A stretch of 64,000 nucleotides of DNA, taken from NCBI GenBank assembly GCA_965214095.1, contig OZ243938.1, positions 1,888,001-1,952,000 on the forward strand, in the 5' to 3' direction. Positions 31,800 to 41,843 of the stretch are shown piece after piece. The position numbers were made by a program, and so were the translations under genes. Source of the stretch: Candidatus Poribacteria bacterium (GTDB lineage Bacteria; Poribacteria; WGA-4E; WGA-3G). Position 1 is the stretch's first letter. Each line of letters opens with the position of its first letter. Under the pieces are notes generated by a model. It saw nothing but the letters and a program-made list of their open reading frames with translations, was not told the origin of the DNA and ran no database searches.

Positions 31800-33748
31800 T
31801 TTCCCACCTCCGGGTCTATCTCTTTTGCCTTCTCAAAGTCAACTTTCGCTGCTGCATGTTGACCAAGTGCTTCCTTTGCTTTCCCACGATTGTGGTATGC
31901 TATAGCATAATTGGGGTTAAGTTCAATCGCCTTATCGTAGTCAGCGATTGCACCGACATAGTCCTTTTGATCAGTCTTTGCATGTCCGCGGCCATTGTAA
32001 GCTTTAGCATGTTCAGGTTTTAGTTTAATTGCATGATTGTAATCTGCAATTGCACCATCAAAATCTTTGGACTTGCGTTTCGCATTACCACGATCTATAT
32101 AAGCAAAGTAAGTGTAAAACCTGTCTTCAAGATTCAGTTCGATTGCATGCGTATAATCCTCTATGGCACCAGTATAGTCCTCAAGTTCTACTTTTACATG
32201 CCCGCGAAGCCTGTAGGAATAAGGTTCTTTGGGTTTTAGTTTTATTGCTTGAGTATAGTCTTCGATTGCGGCAGCATACTCTCTAAGTTTACGTTTTGCT
32301 GAACCGCGATTGTTGTATCCGTAAGTATCATTCGGTTGAAGCTTAATTGCTTCGGTAAAATCTTCAATCGCTCCAGTGCTATTACCACTTTCCAACTCTG
32401 CACGTCCACGACTATTTATAATGAAGTAAGAGTCATCAGGCTTCAGTATTAGTGCCTGATTATAGTCTTCAATTGCCCCGATGAAATCTTTGAGTTTAAG
32501 TCTTACCTGCGCGCGTTGAATATAGATGTTTCCATCTTGAGGATTATGCTTAATGGCTTGTGTATAGTCTTCAATTGCGCCAGTATCGTCTCCGCTCTGA
32601 GTCTTCGCCCAAGCGCGTGCAGTATAGGCATTAACATCATCAGGTTTTAGTTTGAGGACTTGTGTAAAATCTTCTATTGCTCCCGCATAATCCCGTTTCG
32701 CTGACTTTTCATGACCGCGTTCTTTGTAATTACTAACATCTTCAGAAGATCGTTCTGATTCAATAAATGTTCGTGTTATCGTTGTAACGACTGTACCATC
32801 CTTACGTGACTGCACCTCAAGTGTCTTTCCCTCAAGTATCTTTTTTATCTCATCAAGTTTTTTTTGAATTTCAAGATCGGTCGGGATTAGTTTCAATACA
32901 TGATTATAGTCATCTATTGCCCCTTTATAATCTCCAAGTGTACTTTTTGCGTCTCCACGTATCTTATAGATTTTCAGATCATCAGGATTCAGTTCAATTG
33001 CTTGATTGAAATCTTTTATTGCTTTTTCAACGTTCCCATCATAATATTTCTGCCATCCTCGCATGTGATAGAAATAAGCACGGACATTTTTTCGCTTCCG
33101 CCACTTTCCCAGAGGCTCCGTAGAAATAGAATCCTCTATCAATGCCTTGATTGCACTGGAAGGTCTCGCGTCGTAACCGTGTCCAACATGAATACCAATG
33201 ATTTCACCTTTGCTGTTTAACATTGGACTACCACTGTTTCCCGGATACGCATCAACGGTCGTCTTCAACCATTTATCGCTCTTGCGTATATCTTTGACAA
33301 CACCGTCTACAACCTTGAATTCTCCTAATTTAGGGTAGCCTGCAAGGAAGACGGTCTCTCCGATCTGAAGTGTATCAATGTCAGCCAATGGTAGTGGGAC
33401 ACCTTCACCTTTTATCTTCAGGATAGCAATGTCACTCTTGATATCAAATGCCATAACACCTTCTACTAACCAGATTGTTTCTTTGTGATTTAATTTAGCA
33501 GTAATAGGTCCGATTGTACATCCTGCTGCAACGTGAAAATTTGTTGCTATCATATCTGGTGTCACAAAGAATCCCGAACCACCACCAGGTAACCCGACTA
33601 TGCGTACAGTAGATTCCATTGCCATTTCCGATATTTTGTCAGTTTCTGTTGACTTTTCGGTATTTTCGGCAGTTTCCTGTGCATAAGAAAGTGAAAGAAA
33701 TAACCCAAGAACCAAGAACCACAATAAAAGATTTATGTAGCGTCTCAT
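31796..33748 (-). CDS. Secreted trypsin-like serine protease with long TPR array
   Basis: Signal peptide; TNFHV, SDI, GNSGSP triad; about 10 GAIEDY..AI.L.P TPR repeats. Confidence 0.88.
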   Translation of the reverse strand: MRRYINLLLWFLVLGLFLSLSYAQETAENTEKSTETDKISEMAMESTVRIVGLPGGGSGFFVTPDMIATNFHVAAGCTIGPITAKLNHKETIWLVEGVMAFDIKSDIAILKIKGEGVPLPLADIDTLQIGETVFLAGYPKLGEFKVVDGVVKDIRKSDKWLKTTVDAYPGNSGSPMLNSKGEIIGIHVGHGYDARPSSAIKALIEDSISTEPLGKWRKRKNVRAYFYHMRGWQKYYDGNVEKAIKDFNQAIELNPDDLKIYKIRGDAKSTLGDYKGAIDDYNHVLKLIPTDLEIQKKLDEIKKILEGKTLEVQSRKDGTVVTTITRTFIESERSSEDVSNYKERGHEKSAKRDYAGAIEDFTQVLKLKPDDVNAYTARAWAKTQSGDDTGAIEDYTQAIKHNPQDGNIYIQRAQVRLKLKDFIGAIEDYNQALILKPDDSYFIINSRGRAELESGNSTGAIEDFTEAIKLQPNDTYGYNNRGSAKRKLREYAAAIEDYTQAIKLKPKEPYSYRLRGHVKVELEDYTGAIEDYTHAIELNLEDRFYTYFAYIDRGNAKRKSKDFDGAIADYNHAIKLKPEHAKAYNGRGHAKTDQKDYVGAIADYDKAIELNPNYAIAYHNRGKAKEALGQHAAAKVDFEKAKEIDPEVGK

Positions 33749-33777
33749 TTTATTCTCTCCAAGCAGGTGTGCTAATT

Positions 33778-34848
33778 TTAAATAAAAGGCACCTTCACGA
33801 TTTTCGCAGGGTGCAATTTACCCCGGATGTCGATTTCAACCGTTTTCTTTGTTTTTACAGATATAGACGCAAAACCGATATTACATTTCAAACTTGGCGA
33901 CGGTGCTCCACTCGTCACCTTACCGATAGAACGACCATTCTTATAGACTTCATACCCACAGCGTGCAACAGCGCGGTCCAGCATTTGAAATCCTACTAAT
34001 TTCTTACGCAAATCACCATTCTCTTTTTGTGTAAGAAGAACGTCCTTACCAATAAAATCACCTTTGTCTAACTTAACAAAACGTCCAAGTCCTGCCTCAT
34101 AAGGTGTTGTGTCGTCATCCATATCCATGCCATAGAGACGGAGTCCAGCTTCAAGTCTTAAGGTGTCGCGCGCGCCAAGTCCAACTGGCAATCCTCCCGC
34201 TTCTATCACAGCAGGATAAAGAGCATTCCATAAACCTTCTGCACTGTTGGCATTAACATATAACTCAAACCCTATCTCCCCTGTATATCCAGTACGTGAA
34301 ATCGCAGTGCGAATTCCTGCAACCTCACCAATGACAAACCGAAAAAATGATATTTCAGAAACATCATGATCAGGAACAAAAGGATTTAGTATTTCAATTG
34401 ACTTTGGACCTTGAAGTGCGATAAGCGTAGTGTTTTCACTGTCGTCAGTAATTTCTGCTCCTGCGTCGTTTTGTGCTTTAACCCATGCGAGATCTTTTTC
34501 AATATTAGCAGCGTTAACAACAAGAGTGTAATCATTTTCAGCATGTCGGTAGACAAGGATGTCATCTACTATACCCCCGCTGTCATTACACAGCAGTGTA
34601 TATTGCACCTGACCATCAACTAACCGACTGACATCGTTTGTGCAAAGTTTTTGAACTAAATCGTCTGCTCCTCTACCTTTAACATCCAATTCTCCCATGT
34701 GTGACAGATCAAACAGACCAGCAGTAGAACGAACAGCGAGATGTTCCTTGACAATACTGCTATATTGTAGCGGCATTTCCCACCCACCGAATTCTGTGAA
34801 TTTCGCATTTAGGGATTTATGAATTTCGTAAAGCGTTGTTCTTTTCAT
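33778..34848 (-). CDS. gcvT: Glycine cleavage system T protein (aminomethyltransferase)
   Basis: FGGWEMP, FDLSHMG, SRTGYTGE.GFE, GLGARDTLRLEAG. Confidence 0.97.
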   Translation of the reverse strand: MKRTTLYEIHKSLNAKFTEFGGWEMPLQYSSIVKEHLAVRSTAGLFDLSHMGELDVKGRGADDLVQKLCTNDVSRLVDGQVQYTLLCNDSGGIVDDILVYRHAENDYTLVVNAANIEKDLAWVKAQNDAGAEITDDSENTTLIALQGPKSIEILNPFVPDHDVSEISFFRFVIGEVAGIRTAISRTGYTGEIGFELYVNANSAEGLWNALYPAVIEAGGLPVGLGARDTLRLEAGLRLYGMDMDDDTTPYEAGLGRFVKLDKGDFIGKDVLLTQKENGDLRKKLVGFQMLDRAVARCGYEVYKNGRSIGKVTSGAPSPSLKCNIGFASISVKTKKTVEIDIRGKLHPAKIVKVPFI

Positions 34849-35603
34849 CTCTCCAATCCATAGATACGCGCAAGATTATCACCAAAAATCAACGTTTCAG
34901 CATCATCACCGAGTTCCAAACGTTTTAGAGCATTGATAACTTGAATCGGTCTATATTCAGGTAAATTAGAACCAAACACTATCTGTTCCGGTCCGAGTGC
35001 ATCAACTGCAGACTTTACCTCTGTCGGAACAACTGTATCTGGGTCATTTCCCCACCGACGATGGAAACGTAAAATAGTTGTGCCGAGATAGATGTTTTTA
35101 TTTGTTTTTGCGACAGAGATCGCATCCTCTAAATCATCTGGAAATCCCATGTGATCCATAATCACTGGTGTCTCAGGTACCCAACTTGCAACGTTGCCAA
35201 TCCGATTTGGATGACAATTATTCGGTCCAGAGTGAATTGAAACGATCAATCCAAAGTCACGCGCAGCTTCTACAACAGGTCGCACGATTGGGTCATCCAC
35301 ATTATAATTGTGTATAGCTGGCATCAACTTAATACCCGGCATTTCCCATTCCTCAGCCGCATATTTGACCTGTAAAATTGGGTCAGGTTCTGTCGGATGC
35401 ACAAGAGCACATCCAAGTGTACGTTGGTTACCGCGTATCACATCGGCAAGCTCAGCGTTTTGAGGCGTCGGTTGCGGAGTTGGCATGACGACTGCTACAT
35501 CCATAGATGCTTCGTCTTCTAATTCAAGCAAGGCATTCAGATCTAAATTCCCAGATTCATCACGAAATTCATCATTGAGATATGCTTCAAAATCACCACG
35601 CAT
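34845..35603 (-). CDS. Amidohydrolase_2-family metal-dependent hydrolase
   Basis: GIKLMP, SIHSG, VIMDHMG, IVFGSNLP, GDNLAR; the N-terminal HxH appears as FEAY (atypical). Confidence 0.75.
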   Translation of the reverse strand: MRGDFEAYLNDEFRDESGNLDLNALLELEDEASMDVAVVMPTPQPTPQNAELADVIRGNQRTLGCALVHPTEPDPILQVKYAAEEWEMPGIKLMPAIHNYNVDDPIVRPVVEAARDFGLIVSIHSGPNNCHPNRIGNVASWVPETPVIMDHMGFPDDLEDAISVAKTNKNIYLGTTILRFHRRWGNDPDTVVPTEVKSAVDALGPEQIVFGSNLPEYRPIQVINALKRLELGDDAETLIFGDNLARIYGLER

Positions 35604-35634
35604 AAGAACCTTCCTTAATCTATTGTTGTAGGTA

Positions 35635-36696
35635 TCATTCTTTGATAAGAATTGCACCATTTTCTATGTCAGTTTCAAAAAGCACATTTTCTGAGATCAG
35701 ATCATTGCGATACTGTGTATAAACCGATTCTGCTGAATCAATATTGGGAAAACGGATGACGAAGACATGATATGGTGTTGCGGTATTCTTAGAATCTTTG
35801 GTGTTGTATTGTGCCATAACCCCAATCGCGTTTTCAACCAATTGCGGAAACGTTTCAGGTAAAGTTTTATTGATTTGATGCAATGTCCAATCTGTCGTAA
35901 ATAACTTTTCGCTACCACGGATATATTGAGTAGGTAATAGTTCCAATAGCTGAATTTTTTGTTGAGGGTCTTTTATACGTTTTGCAGTAACTTGGGCGAG
36001 TTCTATCATTGCCTTCCGAATACCGGTTGCTATGGCATATCCTTCTATTTGTATGAAGTACTTTCCTTTCCAAAACCAGAGATTTCTCCCAGAAATAATC
36101 GCTTTGCAACCGACCCATTCATATTTTGGGTGTGGATAACTACTAACACTGAATATTCCGAAAGCATTTTCAGGGGTACCCATATCAAAAATCTCTAGCA
36201 GGATATATGGTTCTGAACCAAATTTGGGACTTTGGTATTCTACCTCTGCTTGTGCTTGAAATCCGTAATGGTGGTATATTTCAGGATATATTTCAGAGGG
36301 AACATATCTGTCTATATACAGTGTTTCAGTGTTATATGTTGTTGGTTTGTTAGCACGTACCCAATCATTGATTTCACCATCTTTAGGTAAGAGCGTTTCG
36401 GGTTTTGCCGTTGTCAGGTAAGGAAGTGTAGAATTAGTTGCAGCATCAGCATTATTGGGTAACGTGCTGTCCTGTTGTAGTGGTTTCTGCTTTTGAGAGT
36501 ACGACTGAATATTTTCTGAAATATCAGCTATGATTCCTTGAGCATTTTTGGCTGTGGGTGCTTTCCATACCCCATAAACATACCTATTCTCCTGATTAAT
36601 AGATGTCAAATTACCTTGTTCCGATCCACATGAAATGAAGATCGAAATACTGAGAAAGTATATACAGAATACATTGCGGAATTTCATCTTTACCAC
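35635..36696 (-). CDS. Lipoprotein, DUF6599-like
   Basis: Lipobox FISC; LEIFDMGTPENAFGIFS and FWKGKYFIQI motifs. Confidence 0.65.
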   Translation of the reverse strand: MVKMKFRNVFCIYFLSISIFISCGSEQGNLTSINQENRYVYGVWKAPTAKNAQGIIADISENIQSYSQKQKPLQQDSTLPNNADAATNSTLPYLTTAKPETLLPKDGEINDWVRANKPTTYNTETLYIDRYVPSEIYPEIYHHYGFQAQAEVEYQSPKFGSEPYILLEIFDMGTPENAFGIFSVSSYPHPKYEWVGCKAIISGRNLWFWKGKYFIQIEGYAIATGIRKAMIELAQVTAKRIKDPQQKIQLLELLPTQYIRGSEKLFTTDWTLHQINKTLPETFPQLVENAIGVMAQYNTKDSKNTATPYHVFVIRFPNIDSAESVYTQYRNDLISENVLFETDIENGAILIKE

Positions 36697-37313
36697 TGTT
36701 CTGCAAGTTGATTGTAAAGGTCCTCAATGAGTTCCTCAATTATCAAATTTTTTGCCTGATCCACTGTTTCTGGCGGTTCCCCACGATTCTCCACTACATA
36801 AAAGTCGTGTATCTGCAGATGGTTATCTCTTTTTTCTATTATATTGTTTCTAATTCTATCAACAAATTGGTATTCCACTTGTAGACTCATCCGGACTAAT
36901 TCTACATTACCACTCGGTCCAAACCCGTGTTCCTTTATATCATAATGTTGTATCTTTATAGTGAGTTCTGAATCGTTTCCATCATTCCATTTCCTATTAA
37001 AACGTTCAGTTAGTTTTTCATGAATGACTTCATCAAAAGGTCGTTGTGAAACGTCATCGTAAGCGATATCGGCATCATTAACTTCAACAGGTGGTATGTT
37101 GATTGACTTAATATGCTCCAGATAGGAGGAGGTAGAGACATAACCACATCCGATCACTGCACTAAAGAGTGCAGATAAACATAAGTACAACACAACTGAA
37201 AGTACAATGTTACTATTATGAAGATGTCCTTTTCGTTGCTGCAATGTTTTCACAGATAATAAAGAGATTAATTGGAATAATCGTTTGTTATAAAGTGTCC
37301 ATTTGATACCCAT
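36690..37313 (-). CDS. LptE-like LPS-assembly lipoprotein
   Basis: Lipobox VIGC followed by GY, IKSINIP, and C-terminal ..IEDLYNQLAEQW; size and pattern match LptE-like proteins. Confidence 0.6.
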   Translation of the reverse strand: MGIKWTLYNKRLFQLISLLSVKTLQQRKGHLHNSNIVLSVVLYLCLSALFSAVIGCGYVSTSSYLEHIKSINIPPVEVNDADIAYDDVSQRPFDEVIHEKLTERFNRKWNDGNDSELTIKIQHYDIKEHGFGPSGNVELVRMSLQVEYQFVDRIRNNIIEKRDNHLQIHDFYVVENRGEPPETVDQAKNLIIEELIEDLYNQLAEQW

Positions 37314-37587
37314 ATATATTCCCTTTAAATTTGAAGAAAAACTGGAGTGGATTGATAGGCTTAACCTGCGGACGTTCAGGCTGCTTTTCTCTCCCAAAAC
37401 GCAACACTCGGAAAAAGTCAATGATATATTTCTTTACAGGTGGAATAGATAAAACTACAAACAGGATGATAAGTATGATTAGGATGAATGCCAAAAGGTT
37501 TGTCATCCATTTCTGTGCAAGTAAATCACCTTTTTCTTTTTGAATTTGTCGCCTAACACGAGGGTTACGAGTTCTCATTAGACACAC
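37288..37587 (-). CDS. Small hypothetical single-TM protein
   Basis: Hydrophobic segment LLAFILIILIILFVVLSI; start uncertain. Confidence 0.4.
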   Translation of the reverse strand: MCLMRTRNPRVRRQIQKEKGDLLAQKWMTNLLAFILIILIILFVVLSIPPVKKYIIDFFRVLRFGREKQPERPQVKPINPLQFFFKFKGNIYGYQMDTL

Positions 37588-37652
37588 CTATCGGTAATAT
37601 GGAAAATATAAGATTTAAATTCTGCTGAGAGGAACGAGATATAACTATTCAG

Positions 37653-37681
37653 ACGGCGAACGCAATTGATACATTCGCCGT
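37653..37681 (-). terminator. Stem-loop downstream of pnp (terminator or 3' stabiliser)
   Basis: ACGGCGAA / TTCGCCGT inverted repeat; no strong U tail on the minus strand. Confidence 0.4.
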
Positions 37682-37742
37682 TGATTTAGTTGATCTGAAA
37701 TCAGATTTCTTCAGTTAATTTTGCAGATTGTGGATCGTCTGA

Positions 37743-40094
37743 TTAGAATCTGCCTTTCGGTATACGAGGTGACCTACGATTTCTGTTATCACGCGAGTTA
37801 TCTCTTTGGTCATATCGGTTGTTACGCCTATCCCGATTATCCCGTGAATCCCGTGAATCCCGATTGTCACGATTATCTCGTGAATCCCGATTGTCACGGT
37901 TATCCCGATTGTCACGGTAAGGACGATTCTCACGGTAATTTGACCTACCTTGTTCGCGTGGTTCTGGTTCCACATCTGAATCAGATGATGAGGTATCAAG
38001 CTCTTCTATTGGAACACCTTTGGCTGCAATAAGAGACAAGTCAACCCTTCCCTGTTCATCAATCGTCAAGATTCGCACAGTTACCTCGTCTCCAACCTGC
38101 ATAACATCTTCTGCTCTACGAACATAGCCATCACCCATCTGTGAGATGTGAACAAGTCCATCTTTCCCAGGCAGAATCTCAACAAATGCTCCGAAGGATG
38201 CTGTCCGAACAACCTTGCCTGTGTATTCTTTTCCGATTTCAGGCATCGCCGTAACTGCACGGACTTTTTCCTCAGCATTTTTGACACCCTCTGCACTTGT
38301 TGAAGCGATTTCAACTGTTCCGTCATCATCAATATTGATCGTCGTACCCGTTTCTTCCTGAATACCTTGGACGGTTTTACCACGAGGTCCGATGAGGTCT
38401 TTAATCTTCTCTGTAGCAATCTGGAGTGTGTAGATACGTGGTGCATAAGGTGACAATTCGGCACGAGGTGTACTAATGAGAGCGTTCATCTGCTCAATGA
38501 CAGCAATGCGTGCCTCACGTGCTTGGTGGATGGCTTTCCGCATCAGCTCAGGGGTAACACCGTCGATTTTAATATCCATCTGAACAGCAGTTACACCTTC
38601 TGTTGTTCCTGCTACCTTGAAGTCCATATCACCAAGGAAATCTTCAGTGCCAAGCATATCTGTCAGAATAACTTCGTGTTCACCTTCTTTGACAAGTCCA
38701 ACACCAATACCCGCAACCGGTCTTTTTAATGGAACTCCAGCATCAAGTAGTGCTAATGTTGCTCCGCACACAGTCGCCATTGATGAAGATGCATTGGATT
38801 CCAATATTTCAGATACTACACGGATGGTATAGTTAAAGTCCTCTTTGCTCGGAACAACAGGTTCAAGTGCTTTTTCAGCAAGTGCACCGTGTCCAATTTC
38901 TCTACGTCCTGGTCCCATCATGCGTTTGACTTCACCAGTGCTAAAGGGTGGGAAGTTATAATGTAAGAAGAAACCGCGACGGATTTCTCCATCCAATCCA
39001 CGCTGTACATCTTCATCACCAGAGGTGCCAAGAGTCGTGACACAAAGTGCCTGCGTCTGTCCTCGGGTAAAGAGTGCTGAACCGTGGGTGCGTGGGAGTA
39101 GGGCGACTTCACCCGAAATGGATCGTATATCTGTAACACCACGTCCATCAACCCGTTTGCCTTCATCAAGTATGGCTTGACGCATCTGCTCTTTTTCTAT
39201 ATCACTCAAGATAGAACGTGCATCTTTTTCTGCACTTGGGTCAATTTCTTCTGAGGCATCCTCTTGAATTTCGGCGAGGATATCCGCTTGAATCTGTTCA
39301 AGGTAATCTTCACGAAGTTGCTTGTCTGCCATTCCAATTGATTCGCGGATCCGAGCCGTTGCGAGGTCCCTGATCCTTGTATTTAATGTATCCTCTACTC
39401 CTTCTGATTGATATTCACGTTTCTCCTGACTACAGACAGCAACGATACCTTCTTGGAGTTTGATAATTTCTTTTATCTGTTCGTGTGCCGCGATGATTGT
39501 GTCTATTACTTCGTCTTCTGGAGTTTCGTGTCCTCCCCCTTCAACAGACATCACAGCATTTGATGTGCCGCTTACAAATAGTTCCATCTCTGAGGAATGC
39601 AATTCCTCGTAGGTAGGATTAATTATTAATTTACCATCTTTTTTCCCAACGGTCACGGCGGCTACCGGACCACTAAACGGAATATTGGACACAGAAAGCG
39701 CAGCAGAGGTTCCTATGAGTGCAGGCACATCTGCAGGATGCACACCATCTGATGAATATACAGTACATAATACTTGTACTTCTGCCTTAAATTCCTTTGG
39801 AAAAAGTGGACGTATACAGTGGTCAATCAAACGGGCGACCAACTGTTCTGAGGATCCGGGTCTCGGTTCACGTCTACCATACACCGTTGGAATACGTCCG
39901 TTAGCGTAGGACCTCTCTCTATAATCTACTGTCAATGGAAAAAAATCTAAATCGTTCTCCCTATCATCTGCTACTACAGTCACTAAGACAACTGTTCCAC
40001 CGTATTGTACCCACACGGCACCATCTGCCTGTTTAGCAACTTTCCCCATTTCAATCGATAAGTTTTCACTTCCGAGTTGCATTTCAACTTTCAC
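37743..40094 (-). CDS. pnp: Polyribonucleotide nucleotidyltransferase with Arg-Asp-rich C-terminal tail
   Basis: FFPLTVDY, RTHGSALFTRGQTQ, RREIGHG, GDMDFKVAGT; KH and S1 domains; follows rpsO. Confidence 0.98.
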   Translation of the reverse strand: MKVEMQLGSENLSIEMGKVAKQADGAVWVQYGGTVVLVTVVADDRENDLDFFPLTVDYRERSYANGRIPTVYGRREPRPGSSEQLVARLIDHCIRPLFPKEFKAEVQVLCTVYSSDGVHPADVPALIGTSAALSVSNIPFSGPVAAVTVGKKDGKLIINPTYEELHSSEMELFVSGTSNAVMSVEGGGHETPEDEVIDTIIAAHEQIKEIIKLQEGIVAVCSQEKREYQSEGVEDTLNTRIRDLATARIRESIGMADKQLREDYLEQIQADILAEIQEDASEEIDPSAEKDARSILSDIEKEQMRQAILDEGKRVDGRGVTDIRSISGEVALLPRTHGSALFTRGQTQALCVTTLGTSGDEDVQRGLDGEIRRGFFLHYNFPPFSTGEVKRMMGPGRREIGHGALAEKALEPVVPSKEDFNYTIRVVSEILESNASSSMATVCGATLALLDAGVPLKRPVAGIGVGLVKEGEHEVILTDMLGTEDFLGDMDFKVAGTTEGVTAVQMDIKIDGVTPELMRKAIHQAREARIAVIEQMNALISTPRAELSPYAPRIYTLQIATEKIKDLIGPRGKTVQGIQEETGTTINIDDDGTVEIASTSAEGVKNAEEKVRAVTAMPEIGKEYTGKVVRTASFGAFVEILPGKDGLVHISQMGDGYVRRAEDVMQVGDEVTVRILTIDEQGRVDLSLIAAKGVPIEELDTSSSDSDVEPEPREQGRSNYRENRPYRDNRDNRDNRDSRDNRDNRDSRDSRDNRDRRNNRYDQRDNSRDNRNRRSPRIPKGRF
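37830..37917 (-). repeat. 9-bp tandem repeats encoding (RDN/RDS)n
   Basis: Units CG(T/G/A)GA(C/T)(AAT/AAC/TCA) repeated about 10 times in the pnp 3' end. Confidence 0.85.
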
Positions 40095-40145
40095 TCAATT
40101 TCCTCCTAACTAATACTCTTACACAAAATGCCTACGGTGGAATAT

Positions 40146-40436
40146 TTAACTTCTTTGAGACCCAATTGTGTCGCGAATTCCAAGTTCATTTATTAAACGA
40201 TAATATCGTGGGACATCCTTCTTATATAGATACCTTAACAAACGACGTTGTTTTCCTACCAAACGAAATAGTCCGTATCTTGAATGGTGATCTTTTTTAT
40301 GTGTCTGAAAATGCTCTGTTAATTCCTGAATACGAGCATTTAATACCGCGACTTGCGCTTCAGGCGAACCGGTGTCTCGATCATGTATTTGGTGCTGTTG
40401 GATCAATTCCTGCTTCTTTGCTGCATCAATTGCCAA
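40146..40436 (-). CDS. rpsO: 30S ribosomal protein S15
   Basis: [23 protein letters not shown]. Likely TTG start at 40436 after AGGAGGTG (ORF track uses GTG 40445). Confidence 0.97.
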   Translation of the reverse strand: MAIDAAKKQELIQQHQIHDRDTGSPEAQVAVLNARIQELTEHFQTHKKDHHSRYGLFRLVGKQRRLLRYLYKKDVPRYYRLINELGIRDTIGSQRS

Positions 40437-40573
40437 ACTTTTCACCTCCTGCTTCTTTAGAATTTACATAGAAATTATCAAATAATCTCTATGATATAAT
40501 AAAGCACGACGGATATAGTTTTGCCGTGCCTAATTTTTCTCATCTAACATAATATCATTCATATTGATGCTTA

Positions 40574-40602
40574 ATTATATCATAGAATAGTATGGATTTC
40601 AA
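40574..40602 (-). promoter_or_regulatory. Putative sigma70 promoter of rpsO-pnp
   Basis: TTGAAA, 17-nt spacer, extended TGnTATAAT. Confidence 0.65.
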
Positions 40603-40664
40603 GTATATTTCAGTTTTAGGGTATGTGCAGTTTTTGGCATGCGTTTTTCTGTCTAAATAACAGG

Positions 40665-40791
40665 TTATAGTGGATTTCACCAAATCAAGAGTATTATAGT
40701 AGGTTTTGAAATTACTTGAACACTCAGCATCGGCGAGGTTAGGAAACCTCGCCTACCGTGGGTGTCAACTTATATTTATAATTCACTATAA
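40665..40791. mobile_element. MITE-like element with TATAGTG terminal inverted repeats and one internal GTAG-type REP
   Basis: TTATAGTGGAT ... ATTCACTATAA ends; internal GGCGAGGTT-AGGA-AACCTCGCC-TAC at 40732-40756. Confidence 0.7.
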
Positions 40792-40823
40792 TAGATGTAG
40801 CATTCAACGGATTTTGCAGATTA

Positions 40824-41843
40824 TCAATCCCAATCCAACACAACCCCCGTCCAAACATCAGGTTCATCAAGCAATCCATCGTAAGCTTGCTTAATCTGTT
40901 CAGGCTTGAGACGATGAGAGATCAACGATTCAACATCCAACTCCGTGCGGGCAATCCAATCAAAAATAGTCTGCTGCTTACTCAATTGTGATACGCGATT
41001 GCCAGTATCAGGATACATCGGAACGCACCATTCCAACGCACCGCGGATCGTTATCCAACGTAGATGTGTATCAGAAAGAAGTTCTGTCAAATCTCCAGTA
41101 ACAGAAACACGTGGTGAACCGAGTATCACAAGTTGACCATAACTCGCAGTCGCGCGGAGTGCTTGCATAACAACACTGCTATGACCAACCGCATCAACAG
41201 TGATGTTCCCCAGTTCTCCATTGGTTAATTCTTGTATCTGTGCTTGCACTTCCTCCGCATCTCCTCCGACAGTATGTTCAATACCACACCGTTCCGCTAA
41301 TTTTCGCCGCTCCGCTACAGGATCCACACCGATAACACGACAACCGTGAAGTTGAAATATCTGCGATGCGAGGTTGCCAACCAACCCTAATCCGAATACA
41401 ATAACACGTGCATTAGTGCCAATCTCTGAGACAATAATAGAAGTCATCGCTACACCTGCCATCCGAGATGCTGCGACAACTCCTGGATCAATAGAATCAC
41501 TTACAGGAGCTATCAATCTATCTTGTGTATACCGAATAATTGAGGCGTGTCTTCCATAAGTAAAGACTCTATCACCAGGTGCAGCACGAGTAACATTTGC
41601 CCCGACATCACGCACAACCCCAACATTCGCATAACCGGACCGCCACGGATATGCACACCACGAACCTCTTTGAAATACTTTCGGTTCTCTACCTGTATAA
41701 TTTGCCAATTCAGTACCGCTACTGATGAATGTGTATTCTGTGTCTATCAATAATTCGTTAGGTGATTGTATAGATGCATCAAATTCATTGGTCTGAAGTT
41801 CTACTTTGTTCTGTCCAGTTACAACCACCTCTCTAATTTTCAT
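40824..41843 (-). CDS. Zinc-binding alcohol dehydrogenase family (MDR) protein
   Basis: ISSGTEL, GYANVGVV, VFGLGLVG Rossmann motif. Confidence 0.88.
   Translation of the reverse strand: MKIREVVVTGQNKVELQTNEFDASIQSPNELLIDTEYTFISSGTELANYTGREPKVFQRGSWCAYPWRSGYANVGVVRDVGANVTRAAPGDRVFTYGRHASIIRYTQDRLIAPVSDSIDPGVVAASRMAGVAMTSIIVSEIGTNARVIVFGLGLVGNLASQIFQLHGCRVIGVDPVAERRKLAERCGIEHTVGGDAEEVQAQIQELTNGELGNITVDAVGHSSVVMQALRATASYGQLVILGSPRVSVTGDLTELLSDTHLRWITIRGALEWCVPMYPDTGNRVSQLSKQQTIFDWIARTELDVESLISHRLKPEQIKQAYDGLLDEPDVWTGVVLDWD

Noticed and set aside
37715-38032. Overlapping repetitive ORFs (VTIGI.. and NPDCH..)
   Set aside because: Alternative-frame readings of the pnp 9-bp repeats.
40706-40894. 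Short ORFs over REP/MITE DNA (also 48307-48558, 59328-59516, 59598-59786)
   Set aside because: They lie on repeat elements, and the translations simply reflect the palindromes.
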